This document shows positions 42,774-55,206 of a stretch of 64,000 nt of DNA, one piece after another. The notes under the pieces were generated by a model, which was given only the letters and a program-made list of their open reading frames with translations, was not told the DNA's origin and ran no database searches. The DNA comes from Eledone cirrhosa (lineage: Eukaryota). How positions within the stretch are numbered: the first letter of the stretch is position 1; every line of letters begins with the position of its first letter. Both the position numbers and the translations under genes were made by a program. The stretch lies in assembly GCA_964016885.1 (NCBI GenBank), contig OZ024740.1, positions 36,580,001 through 36,644,000 of the forward strand, read 5' to 3'.

Positions 42774-43787
42774 TCTATTGATTTCGGAGCAGATCCTCTT
42801 TCTATCATACTCTGCTCCGTAGTAGCAGAGTGTTCAACCGCCTATGGACGCATCTTAGCTACCATAAGACATGAGTTCCAAACCTCGTTGATTTATCCAA
42901 GACCGGATATATCCAAAAATGGAACGAAATCGCCGGGTGGTAGAGATATTATGAGGATTTTGGTAAAGTTTATGTACGTTTTTTCTTCTAACTTTGATTT
43001 TGTAGCTAATTATGTGTAGTTAACTATATGTCTAGTCAATATCTACAGGCTAATAAAAATCTTAGCATTTGTCTATTATTTCTTCATAAGTGCATTTTAA
43101 ACTTGTAGCCACGTTTAAATGATTTTTTGTGTGGTTGGATTATACTGATTGGGAGGAGAAATACTGTATATATTTTATCTAATTATTCTTTGGACTTATC
43201 TTTATATATATATATATATATAGTGTTGTCATTGGGAATTACACAGTACAGAAGCCAATTTACATCGGGGTAACCCGAATGAAACAGTTCTAGTCCTGAA
43301 GAAGCCTTTTCTATATTAATATATATATATATATAGTTTGAGGTGCTAAGACCGGGGAGACACCACAAATCAGTGGAGTACTCTATGCATGGAAAAAAGC
43401 AGAGGAAGGTTAAAAATACAGAGGCTGCCCGTCGAAGAAACAACACCACGTTCGGCCGGCCCACTGTACCATGAAAAGAAAATCTTTTTTCGAGGAAATT
43501 AATATATTTTTCCAAAATTTAAAAGTTGTTTTGAACTTTCAATGTACATTTTATGTTTTGCCGTCTGCAGAGCTCAGGCTATCATAATTGATAGTCCTCA
43601 GTAAAATATGTATAACGGAGTTTTAAATAAATCTGAATAAACTGAATATGGCCTCCGATCTTTTATTAATATATAATGCTCCGTCTTGTACCATTTATAC
43701 AGGTCGTTTTGCGTTTCTTTTTATATGCTTCACAACTGACAGACCATGGGGTGTGATCCGCCATCCATGTTCTGTTAGCTCCTTACA

Positions 43788-43820
<33 letters not shown>

Positions 43821-43824
<4 letters not shown>

Positions 43825-45203
43825 ATTTACATATACATAAAGTCAAAGATATATATGTGGCAACCGGTCACGATGTGGCTCAATGAAGAATTAATAAATT
43901 AAATAATCAGAGCAATATATCATAAATCATGTCCTTAGAATTATTAGATAAAATATATACCATTTCCTCTCCCAATTAGCATAATTAACCATATAAAAAA
44001 TCAATTAGACCAGGCTATAAGAATAAAGGCTCCTATGAAGAAATATTTGATAAATAACCGAAAGCGGCCTCTTCGCGGTTGACCATAATAGAGTATTTAC
44101 CCAACATTTCAACAGCATGTAGAAACTGACTAAATATACCGTCAACCATACACAATTAGGTATAAATTTAAAATTATTAGAAATGTGTACATACCGTAAT
44201 TACATCTATACCATGGTTTCGTTCGTATTTTGAGATATCCTGTTATTAAGGATAAATCTCGAGTATCGAACTCATCGGGAGACAAACTCAATAGGACAGT
44301 TAATTTTCCAAAGCGATCGCGCCAGAAATAGATTTAAAAAATGGCTAAGAATCGTGACGTGGCAGTGGTCAGATTAGAAATAATGTGATTAGTTGCTTAC
44401 GGCGAGTAGGCTGGTTGCTAGAAAGCGCAGCCCAATATCGCCCAATTGCATCTCAACCCAACGGGAGATTATTAAATATAAAGATTTACATATACATAAA
44501 GTCACAGATATGTATGTGGCAACCGGTCACGATGTGGCTCAATGAAGAATTAATAAATTAAATAATCAGAGCAATATATCATAAATCATGTCCTTAGAAT
44601 TATTAGATAAAATATATACCATTTCCTCTCCCAATTAGCATAATTAACCATATAAAAAATCAATTAGACCAGGCTATAAGAATAAAGGCTCCTATGAAGA
44701 AATATTTAATAAATAACCGAAAGCGGCCTCTTCGCACATTCTTTCTAACTTGACCACTGCCACGTCACAATTCTTAGCCATTTTTTAAATCTATTTCTGG
44801 CGCGATCGCTTTGGAAAATTAACTGTCCTATTGAGTTTGTCTCCTGATGAGTTCGATACTCGAGATTTATCCTTAATAATAGGATATCTCAAAGTACGAA
44901 CGAAACCATGGTATAGATGTAATTACGGTATGTACACGTTTCTTCTAACTTTAAATTTATACCTAATTGTGTATGGTTGACGGTATATTTAGTCAGTTTC
45001 TACATGCTGTTGAAATGTTGGGTAAATACTCTATTGTGGTCAACCAAGAAGAGGCCGCTTTCGGTTATTTATCAAATATTTCTTCATAGGAGTCTTTATT
45101 CTTATAGCCTGGTCTAATTGATTTTTTATATGGTTAATTATACTAATTGTAGAGGAAATGGTATATATTTTATCTAATAATTCTAAGGACATGATTTATG
45201 ATA
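43821..45203. mobile_element. Hammerhead-bearing non-coding repeat, family C (659 bp unit): ~1.4 copies on minus + inverted copy on plus, within (TA)n
   Basis: AAAGATTTACATATACATAAAGTC at 43821 and 44480; 44737-45203 is the reverse complement; related fragments at ~42960-43175 and ~49265-49545. Confidence 0.75.
44839..44919 (+). ncRNA. Type I hammerhead (minus-strand copy 44203-44284 has CCGATGA)
   Basis: GTCTC-CTGATGA-GTTCG..CGAAC-GAAA-CCATGG-TA-TAGAT; one mismatch at the base of stem I. Confidence 0.7.
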
Positions 45204-45406
45204 TATATATATATATATAGGAAAAAGTATGAACCCGACGGCAGAGCTCAAGCCGTTTCGATGGCTATTTCCGTCCAGAAATAGCCGTCAAAACGGCTTG
45301 AGCTCTGCCGTCGGGGTCATACTTTTTCCTATTTCCCACTCTACTACCCTAAGTATTGAGTACTCTGGTGCGTTATGGTCCATCTGGTTCCTTACCACAA
45401 TTCCTT

Positions 45407-45443
<37 letters not shown>

Positions 45444-45512
45444 TATGTATGTACATGTGTATATATATATATAATCTGTTATTTTAATAAATATATAAAT
45501 ATATATATATAA

Positions 45513-45661
<149 letters not shown>

Positions 45662-45690
45662 AAAGAATAGAGGTGTAACACACAAGTTAT

Positions 45691-46094
45691 TATATATTGG
45701 TAAACGGAATAGAAAATGCTGACAAATTGTTCACAGTTGAAAAATGGTTTAATTAGGAATAAAAGAGTATTAGTAATTGTATGGGTTAGTATTCAGTTGT
45801 GGTTTTAAGTTTTTAAGTTTTTACCGGTTGCGCATTTCTAAATGCTTTTCAAAAATTATTTTGAGATAGAGTGTCCGTGTTGTTTGCTCTGATCAGAGCA
45901 AACAACACGGACACTCTATCTCAAAATTATTTTTGAAAAGCATTTAGAAATGCGCAACCGGTAAAAACTTAAAAACTTAAAACCACAACTGAATACTAAC
46001 CCATACAATTACTAATACTCTTTTATTCCTAATTAAACCATTTTTCAACTGTGAACAATTTGTCAGCATTTTCTATTCCGTTTACCAATATATA
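45691..46094. repeat. ~400 bp loopless palindrome
   Basis: Centre GA|TC at 45892/45893; one mismatch seen between arms. Confidence 0.9.
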
Positions 46095-46105
46095 TATATA
46101 TATAT

Positions 46106-47915
46106 TGTTATACTTGGGGAGGGTCATATTTGCGTAATATTGCCAGAATTAATAACAGAACACACTCACTGTTTGGTTGGTTTTCGCTTCTCGCTGTCTT
46201 TTATATCTGCGATCTAACTTACTCGGTCCTCAATGTTGCCATTGACTGACCGACGGTCAAAAATAATACAGATACAATATAGACACAAACACATATATAT
46301 AGTTTACATAATTTACATAAATCTTTCGTTGCACATCTGCAACATCGTCAGTGGTGTTATATTTTTTCCTCCTGTTGTGTTGTATGTGTACGCCATTTTT
46401 TTATTTTTTATTTTTTATTCAGTCTGTCTATATATTTATTTATTTATTTGCTTGTTTGTCTATTTTATTTTGTCTTCTTTGCGCATGCGTTTGCGTGTGT
46501 GTATAGTGTTATGTGTGCTGTGTGACTAGTGTGTATAGTGTTGTGTCTGCTGGGTGACTAGTGTGTGTTTATGTGCTTGTTGTTATTGTGCTTGTGTATG
46601 TATTTATTTATCTTATTTTATTTTATTTTATTTATTTACTTATTTATACTTCTCTTAGGTCAGTGTTGTTTGTTTGGGTGTTGTTGTTGTTCCACTCATT
46701 CTTTCTGTTTAGCTTTGGTCTTCTAATTTCTATTTCACTGGCCTCTCTGATTTGCCTATCTGCTGGGTCATTCCCATGTTTAGATATTATTCTAATTTCT
46801 ATGTTGTCTATGTTACCGTCATGTTGTTGTCTAGCATGTTCGTATAGTACTAACCCGTTTTTTCGTCCTTTTAGTTCCCCCCAGTGTTGGTCTATCCTTT
46901 CACCTATGCTACGAGCTGTCTCACCTATGTATGTTGTTGTCATGTTTCTGCAAGTACCCTCTGTACATCTTATGCTATAGACTACGTTTCTAGTTTTACA
47001 GTTTATCCGGGGGTTCACCTTACATATGATACATTTCCTATTGGTACAGTGGGTTTTCTTAAAAGGGTAGGTTTTGCTGATCAGGGATTTTATGGTGGTT
47101 CCTGGCTTTGCTACCACCTTTATTTTTAAGTGGGGGGCCTTTCTACACTGGTTAGCTAATTTCCCTCCAGGGGTGGCGTCCACAAACATGACACTCTGAT
47201 ATCTCTTGTTGTCGTACCATGATGTGGCCTTCCCTATCTTATGTCTAGCCCTATCTAAGCTATTCCATGATTTGCTCCTGTATAGTGGGCAAATTCCTTT
47301 CATGTCCAGTTCTATGAGGGTCTTATACTTTTCCATGGCTCCTTCGTATACTCTGACTCTGTCTCTTTGGTTGTAGCCAGAGAACTGCATGCGGTTGATG
47401 AAGTGTTGGATGTGTCTTTCCATTTCTGTTGGGTCGCACATGCTGGACACATTCTTCATCACTCGTACCAAATCTGCGATCAGAATATTAAACTTAGCAC
47501 TACTGGACATTGCTGAGTTTTTGAGTATCAGGTATTTGGAGGCCATGGGTTTAGCATAGTGTGAGTGGAGAATTTGGGCTCTCTCGTGTATAGTGTTAAT
47601 CCAGAGTTCTGTGTCTAATACAGGTAGTCTATTGTTAGGGTGTTTGGAAGGGAAGTCGATAGTTACAGTTATACTCTGGTGTATGGAATTAGCTATCTGC
47701 TGGATGCTTTCCATCGTGCTACGTTCTAAATCAAACTTGTTAGTGCTCTCTAGTGGGGGTGTTCTTATAACTATATTGATATGGTCTACATAACGAGAGT
47801 ACATGATGAGGTCTATGGAGCTTTCATTAAGGAGATCTTTAAGTCTCCTTTCCCACCATACCATGAAAAGGTTGGCAACATCACCAGCTATGCTGACGCC
47901 GATGGCTACTCCCTC
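46106..47915 (-). mobile_element. PLE family B, 5'-truncated (RT C-half + GIY-YIG)
   Basis: GVAIG..ANLFM, SRYVDH (YVDD mutated), LPVLD, NVVYSIRC..TYIGET, LNRKNEW; terminus GACCCTCCCAAGTATAACA into (TA)n. Confidence 0.9.
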
Positions 47916-48896
47916 ATTTAGGAATAAGGTTAATAGAATAAACTCATGGTATGATAGCAATAAATATCAGAGTGTAATATTCATCAATACAACCCCTAGA
48001 GGTGAACTAGCTTACAAATTTAGAAGGGCCCTAGATAAACTTAAACTAAATATTAAGATAGTGGAAAGACCAGGTACCTCCATAAAAACACTTATTAGTA
48101 ATACATACCCTTTTCAAAGACCTCCCTCTATAGATAAGAAATGCATAATCTGTAAACTAAGCCCCCATATTAACTACAAAACTAGAAACATAGTATATAG
48201 CATAAGATGTACTGAGGGACAATGTAAAGATAACAATATAATGTACATAGATGAGACAGCTCGTAGTATAAGAGAACGATTAAATGAACACTGGCGAGAG
48301 CTTCAAGATAGAAAAGACTCATCAGTACTCCACCAACATGCTAAAATAGAACATAAGGGCAAATTAGAGAACATAGAAATAAAAATAAAATCTACACACA
48401 GAAAAGACGTAATGTTTAGACAAATAACAGAGGCAATAAACATAAATGAACTCCAACCAAAATTAAATAGAAAACATGAATGGAATAGTAAGATCACAAC
48501 TTACAATTAAGGACAAAAAGAAAACACACACACAGAACAAACAAACAACTAGTAACTTGTAAATAAACAAATAACTAAACAAATAAAAACACACACAGAC
48601 ACCCGGTGGTAACACATGCGCAAACTAAGCAGACAACACACACAAAAACAAGATGGCGTAGGACAGAACAAAGGAGAGGCACGAAACAAATAAAAGAATA
48701 CCCAGTCACTGATGAGGTTACAGAATGTGTGATGAAAGAACTTTGACAATATATGAACAACCATCCAGTTGTGAAACCAACCAACCAACCCGAAATTTAT
48801 AAAAAATTTTAAATTTATAATTTAATTTATGATAAATTGGAGTGAAAGCAACTGGTACGTGTGTTTCTTATTGGCAACATGACCCTCCCAAAGTAT

Positions 48897-48900
<4 letters not shown>
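47916..48900 (+). mobile_element. PLE family B 3' fragment (different subfamily), head-to-head with the previous element
   Basis: SWYD..SVIF..NIVYSIRC..MYIDET..LNRKHEW; same terminus at 48880-48900. Confidence 0.88.
48705..48747 (+). ncRNA. Minimal hammerhead in PLE family B 3' end
   Basis: GTCA-CTGATGA-G-GTTACA..TGTGAT-GAAA-GAAC-TT-TGAC; degenerate homologs at ~42029-42070, ~46320-46352, ~57043-57085, ~63007-63041. Confidence 0.72.
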
Positions 48901-48957
<57 letters not shown>

Positions 48958-48999
48958 CACGCACATATATGTATACACATATATATATGTGTGTATGTG

Positions 49000-49047
<48 letters not shown>

Positions 49048-49053
49048 GTTATA

Positions 49054-49130
49054 TTGGGCTGTAACATAAATTCCCGCTGTTTTTATTAAGAAGTTTTATA
49101 ACAACGACGGGAATTTCTGTTACAACCTAA
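49054..49130. mobile_element. 77 bp mariner-like MITE
   Basis: ~28 bp imperfect TIRs TTGGGCTGTAACA../..TGTTACAACCTAA, TA duplication; interrupts a PLE-B terminus (GTTATA|CATTGGGAGGGTCAT). Confidence 0.7.
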
Positions 49131-49544
49131 TACATTGGGAGGGTCATGCTGCCAATAAAAACACATGCACTTGTTGGTTTTCACTTCAATTTATCATAAA
49201 TTTCCAGTTGGCTGGTTCATTGGTTCGATAGACATATATATATATATATGAAACGTAATGCTGGTTTGTTTATATACATTTTTTCTTCTAACTTTAATTT
49301 TATACCTAATTGTGTATGGTTGACGATATATTTAATCGATTTCCACGTGCTATTGAAATGGTGGGTAAATAATCTATGACTGTTGATCGCGAATAGATGG
49401 CTGTCATTTATTTATCTATTATTTCTTCATAGGTGCCTTTTAATCTTATAGCCTGGTTTAATTGGTTTTTTGTGTGGTTGATTATGCTGATTGGGAGAGG
49501 AGATAGTGTATATATCTTATCAAATGATTCTATGGTCATACTGT

Positions 49545-49649
<105 letters not shown>

Positions 49650-49677
49650 GTATACCTAATACATACACACATATATA

Positions 49678-50045
49678 TTTTTAATGGCTGCCCCCACGGT
49701 GCGAAGTTTCTATTATGTAACTGGAAGGACCCAGGAAACTAGAAGTTTAAAATCGGACTGAACTACCAAAAGTGATCGTTCTTTAAAGGTTGTCCTCTCC
49801 ACAACAGTCTAATTTGACTTGTCTCCCTCGTCATCAAACTACCGATATCTGCCGCGCAGAATCCACCCAGCTCATATTCCGTTCTCACTATAACCATATA
49901 CGAGTTGAAAGTCCCTCTGATGAAACACGTGTGCCCGAATATGGGTTGTTAATTGTTTTGTGGAACTAACACCATACCGAACTCGTCCTTTGGACTGAGT
50001 GGTCTACCAACTTCGGATATAACCTCCGGTTTTTTTTTACCACAA
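49678..50045 (+). mobile_element. Solo 3' end (pseudo-LTR) of the Neptune-like PLE at 58870
   Basis: High similarity to 59490-59862. Confidence 0.8.
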
Positions 50046-50482
50046 TATATATATATATATATATAAAGTGACTGAGAGAGAGAGTGAGAGAGAGAGAGAG
50101 AGAGATAGAGAGAGAGAAAGGGAGGGAGAGAGAGAGGGAGGGAGAGAGAGAGAGAGGGAGAAACAAGTGTATTAATGGAAAAGTTAACTTCTTTCATCCC
50201 AAAACTATATTTATTCTCTTATATATTTCGAACCGTTGGTAAACATTTCGCATAATGTAAACTCCAGAGCCATATTTCTATGCCTATAGACATAGGCTAT
50301 GCGAAATGTTTACCAACATTTCGAAGAATGGAAATCATATATCTTTCGAAGCATGTGTAAGAGAATGAATATGGTTTTGGGATGAAAGAAGTTAAGTTTT
50401 CCATTAATACTCTAAATTATATCTGCACCGCCTTTATAACCACATTTCCTCACTAATATCTTTTTCTCTTCACACCTTTACA

Positions 50483-51001
50483 TCTATATATATAAAACTA
50501 AGATTGTCTGTCTATCTGCCTGTCTACTAAAACGGTCGGCACACATCTCCTCCTAAACCGTACGTGCAGCGAGATGATATAGGAGATAAAGTTGTGCAGT
50601 CAAACAGTCGTGCAGAGAGGTGATAGGCGATAAAATTGCCTTTTTTTTTTGTTTTTCATGTCCATCCAATTTCTTTGTTTCAAAATAAGTGATAGTTTTG
50701 TTACTCTGATGTTTTTTTCTGAGACAAGTGTTGCAGTGTTTACATTTTCGATTTTTGTTAATAGATTGCCAGTGCAGTTTTTATCCCCAGCATCCTCATT
50801 TGTTTTAACATTCAGGATATGGTTGTTTTCTTAACTTCATAAGGGATACTGTTGGTTGAGGGAATATTAATCAAAAGTACCACATGAAAGTCTACACTGT
50901 AGACTCTACAGTTTTTAAGCCAAGAAAGGAACTTAACATTGTAACTTTAACACAGCTATTGAGCAGCCCCGAGCAAGTCTTATATAAACGCATTGAGCTA
51001 T
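50483..51001 (+). mobile_element. Probable non-autonomous Helitron, 3' end degraded
   Basis: A|TCTATATATATAAAACTAAGATTGTCTGTCT 5' signature like 40706; right boundary uncertain. Confidence 0.5.
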
Positions 51002-51083
51002 TCTTTTTTTTTTAAATGGAATTTACATACTATCATTATAACTCTCTACTTTCCTTTGAGAATTGTTTGTATAGTTCTAACTT

Positions 51084-51231
<148 letters not shown>

Positions 51232-51234
51232 ATA

Positions 51235-52578
51235 ATAATAAAATTGAAGACTAAAATCCAAAGAGGGCTCGATAAGGAAAATATATATCAAATATATAAG
51301 AACCGTAGAGCAAATATTTATTAAAATAACAGATTAAAGTTTAAGCAAAGAATCGCTGCTTTCACCCTTAACGGGATCTTCTGAAACTAACAAAGTCAAT
51401 CTGTAAACGCAGAACTGGATGTTTCAAAAAACGTTGCAACCGGAGGAAGACAGGAAGACGATACTTTGGTTCGTGGTAACGTTCGCTGGCAAAGAACGGG
51501 AAAAAACGAATAATACGTCATTAATAGGAGCGGTGAAAAACAATTACGCGCAAAGACAAAACCACGTTTATGGTATAAAAGAGGTCGTAGATTAATGTTC
51601 TCTTAGGTGGTGCATAGAGACGTTCTCAGGCAATGAACGAAAAAACGAAGATAATAAGTCATATGTGGAGCGTGGAGAACAAAAGCACGCAAAGACAAAA
51701 CCACGTAAATGGTATAGCAGAAGTCGTAGACTAAAATTCTAACTAGGAGACCAAATGAATCTACGCTACAGAGTTAAGAACAAAGTAAATAAATACAATA
51801 CAGAAGTAATAGAAACAAATAAATACATACACGCAAACAGATACGTACATACACAAGCATACGCAAAACCTTACCATAGGTATACAAAACCACGCACATA
51901 TAAATATGTGTGTGTGTGTATGCTTGTGTACAAATAAATAAATAATTATATAAACGTATATAAGTAAATAAATACGTATATAACAAGCGCACACACATAC
52001 CTACATATAAATACACGAATGTTCGGAGACGTGAGTTAACTAAAACAAGAAGTACACATATACACACACCCACCATACGTACGAACCTGCATACTCACTC
52101 GGATGCAAAACTCCCGTATACACATAGCCAAACCCTAAATACCAGAATATGTAAAAATGATACGCCATAACAGTCAAATATACGTACGAGAAGGTATACA
52201 TACCTTCACAAAACATATGGGTAATATATATTTACCTATGCAAATAAGTAAAGGAATAAACAAACATATACTTAGCTCCCACATCAAGACGTAAAATATC
52301 CACGTATAGATCGTGCTATCCGTTAGGGTATAACGTGGGGCTGTAATACAGGAAAGTTTTGTGCAATTTATGTTTACAAGCCGAAATTGCCTCAGATTTT
52401 TTGTTTAAGATGTGGTCTGTGGCGTAGAGTATTTCCAGGGCCTCAGCGGCGCAGAGGTCACATGGTCTTTTATTTCCGTTATACGATCTAGCCCTAGCTA
52501 GGATCTCCCAGTGTAACTTATATTGGGTGTGGTTGTCTTTTAGACTCCAGATATAAGCTGAAAGTGACGTCGAAGGAA
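51235..52578 (-). mobile_element. 3' fragment of a Neptune-like PLE (GIY-YIG tail + 3' UTR)
   Basis: My translation of 52578-52315: STSLSAYIWSLKDNH..WEILARARSYNGNKRPCDLCAAEALEIL..LNKKSEAISACKHK. Confidence 0.8.
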
Positions 52579-52588
52579 TATGTACGTA

Positions 52589-54984
52589 TTAAAAAGACAG
52601 CGGCCTGCCTACTACTATAGCAGCAGTCATGGCCAATATTGCTCGACAAATGAATTGGAGATAATTATAAAGAATTTATATCTAGTAACATTTATATACA
52701 TACAGATGCATATCAATGCTAGCAAATATATAGGTTTTGTCTTAGTAAGATTGTGGTTCAATGCATGGGGTTGCAGAACAATAATATGAGAGACGTAAGA
52801 TGAGAAAATTATAAAATTATAAAAAAAATTATAAAATTGGCTTACTTACTAAAATATCACTTCTGCTATAGTAGTAGGCAGGCCGCTGTCTTTTTAACAA
52901 CTCGCTTTCCACTGATTGAACTCGATGTCACGTGATTGATTCTTTTTGAATTTGCCACGGACGTAGAGACAGTGATTTTCTCAATGGCTAGGATTTCAGT
53001 CCACGCTTCGCTATTTCCTCTCAACTGAATTATTTTTTTTAATAAGTTTCCAGAGTCCTCGCTATGCCTGGAAACTTACATGAAAAGAGACTTTCCTGAC
53101 GACGGAATGCTTTTCAATATGTTCTTCGGAAAATATATTTACTCCATTCCAGAAACTAATTAGTTGGAAGTGATATTTTAGTAAGTAAGCCAATTTCATA
53201 ATTTTTTTATAATTTTATAATTTTCTTATCTTACATCTCTCATATTATTGTTCTGCAACCCCATGCATTGAACCACAACGTTACTAAGACAAAACCTATA
53301 TATTTGCTAGCATTGATATGCATCTGTATGTATATAAATGTTACTAGATATAAATTCTTTATAATTATCTCCAATTCATTTGTCGAGCAATATTGGCCAT
53401 GACTGCTGCTATAGTAGTAGGCAGGCCGCTGTCTTTTTAACAACTCGCTTTCCACTGATTGACCTCGATGTCACGTGATTGATTCTTTTTGAATTTGCCA
53501 CGAAAGTAGAGACAGTGATTATCTCAATGGCTAGGATTTCAGTCCACGCTTCGCTATTTCCTCTCCACTGAATTATTTTTTTAATAAGTTTCCAGAGTCT
53601 TCGCTATGCCTGGAAACTTACATGAAAAGAGACTTTCCTGGCGACGGAATGCTTTTCCATATGTTCTTCGGAAAATATATTTACTCCATTCCAGAAACTA
53701 ATTAGTTGGAAGTGATATTTTAGTAAGAAAGCCAATTTTATAATTTTTTTATAATTTTATAATTTTCTTATCTTACGTCTCTCATATTATTGTTCTGCAA
53801 CCCCATGCATTGAACCACAATGTTACTAAGACAAAACCTATATATTTGCTAGCATTGATATGCATCTGTATGTATATAAATGTTACTAGATATAAATTCT
53901 TTATAATTATCTCCAATTCATTTGTCGAGAAATATTGGCCATGACTGCTGCTATAGTAGAAAGGCAGGCCGCTGTCTTTTTAACAACTCGCTTTCCACTG
54001 ATTGACCTCGATGTCACGTGATTGATTCTTTTTGAATTTGCCACGGACGTAGAGACAGTGATTTTCTCAATGGCTAGGATTTCAGTCCACGCTTCGCTAT
54101 TTCCTCTCCACTGAATTATTTTTTTAATAAGTTTCCAGAGTCCTCGCTATGCCTGGAAACTTACATGAAAAGAGGCTTTCCTGACGACGGAATGCTTTTC
54201 AATATGTTTCTTCGGAAAATATATTTACTCCATTCCAGAAACTAATTAGTTGGAAGTGATATTTTAGTAAGTAAGCCAATTTTATAATTTTTTTATAATT
54301 TTATAATTTTCTTATCTTACGTCTCTCATATTATTGTTCTGCAACCCCATGCATTGAACCACAATGTTACTAAGACAAAACCTATATATTTGCTAGCATT
54401 GATATGCATCTGTATGTATATAAATGTTACTAGATATAAATTCTTTATAATTATCTCCAATTCATTTGTCGAGCAATATTGGCCATGAGTGCTGCTATAG
54501 TAGTAGGCAGGCCGCTGTCTTTTTAACAACTCGCTTTCCACTGATTGACCTCGATGTCACGTGATTGATTCTTTTTGAATTTGCCACGAAAGTAGAGACA
54601 GTGATTTTCTCAATGGCTAGGATTTCAGTCCACGCTTCGCTATTTCCTCTCAACTGAATTCTTTTTTTAATAAGTTTCCAGAGTCCTCGCTATGCCTGGA
54701 AACTTACACGAAAAGAGACTTTCCTGACGACGGAATGCTTTTCAATATGTTCTTCGGAAAATATATTTACTCCATTCCAGAAACTAATTAGTTGGAAGTG
54801 ATATTTTAGTAAGTAAGCCAATTTTATAATTTTTTTATAATTTTATAATTATCTTATCCTACGTCTCTCATATTATTGTTCTGCAACCCCATGCATTGAA
54901 CCACAATGTTACTAAGACAAAACCTATATATTTGCTAGCATTGATATGCATCTGTATGTATATAAATGTTACTAGATATAAATT

Positions 54985-54990
<6 letters not shown>
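52589..54990 (+). mobile_element. Retrozyme-like tandem array, family B: ~3.9 x 543 bp units with 4 hammerheads and a ~275 bp 5' inversion
   Basis: Hammerheads at 53090-53171, 53632-53713, 54175-54257, 54718-54799; ends at AATTCTTTATA into (TA)n. Confidence 0.88.
53090..53171 (+). ncRNA. Type I hammerhead (copy 1 of 4)
   Basis: ACTTTC-CTGACGA-C-GGAATG..CATTCC-A-GAAA-CTAATTAG-TT-GGAAGT. Confidence 0.82.
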
Positions 54991-55049
<59 letters not shown>

Positions 55050-55099
55050 GATAAGAAACAAAAGGAACTGTGTGGTTACTAAAAACAAGGTTTAGGATG

Positions 55100-55130
<31 letters not shown>

Positions 55131-55137
55131 GTATATG

Positions 55138-55206
<69 letters not shown>

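Noticed and set aside
51348-51392. Hammerhead-like motif on minus strand (CAGAAGA..GAAA)
   Set aside because: Core mutated, and no convincing stem I or cleavage triplet
53240-53455. 71-aa ORF repeated in the 543-bp array
   Set aside because: Antisense to the ribozyme, non-ATG start, not preserved in the sister family
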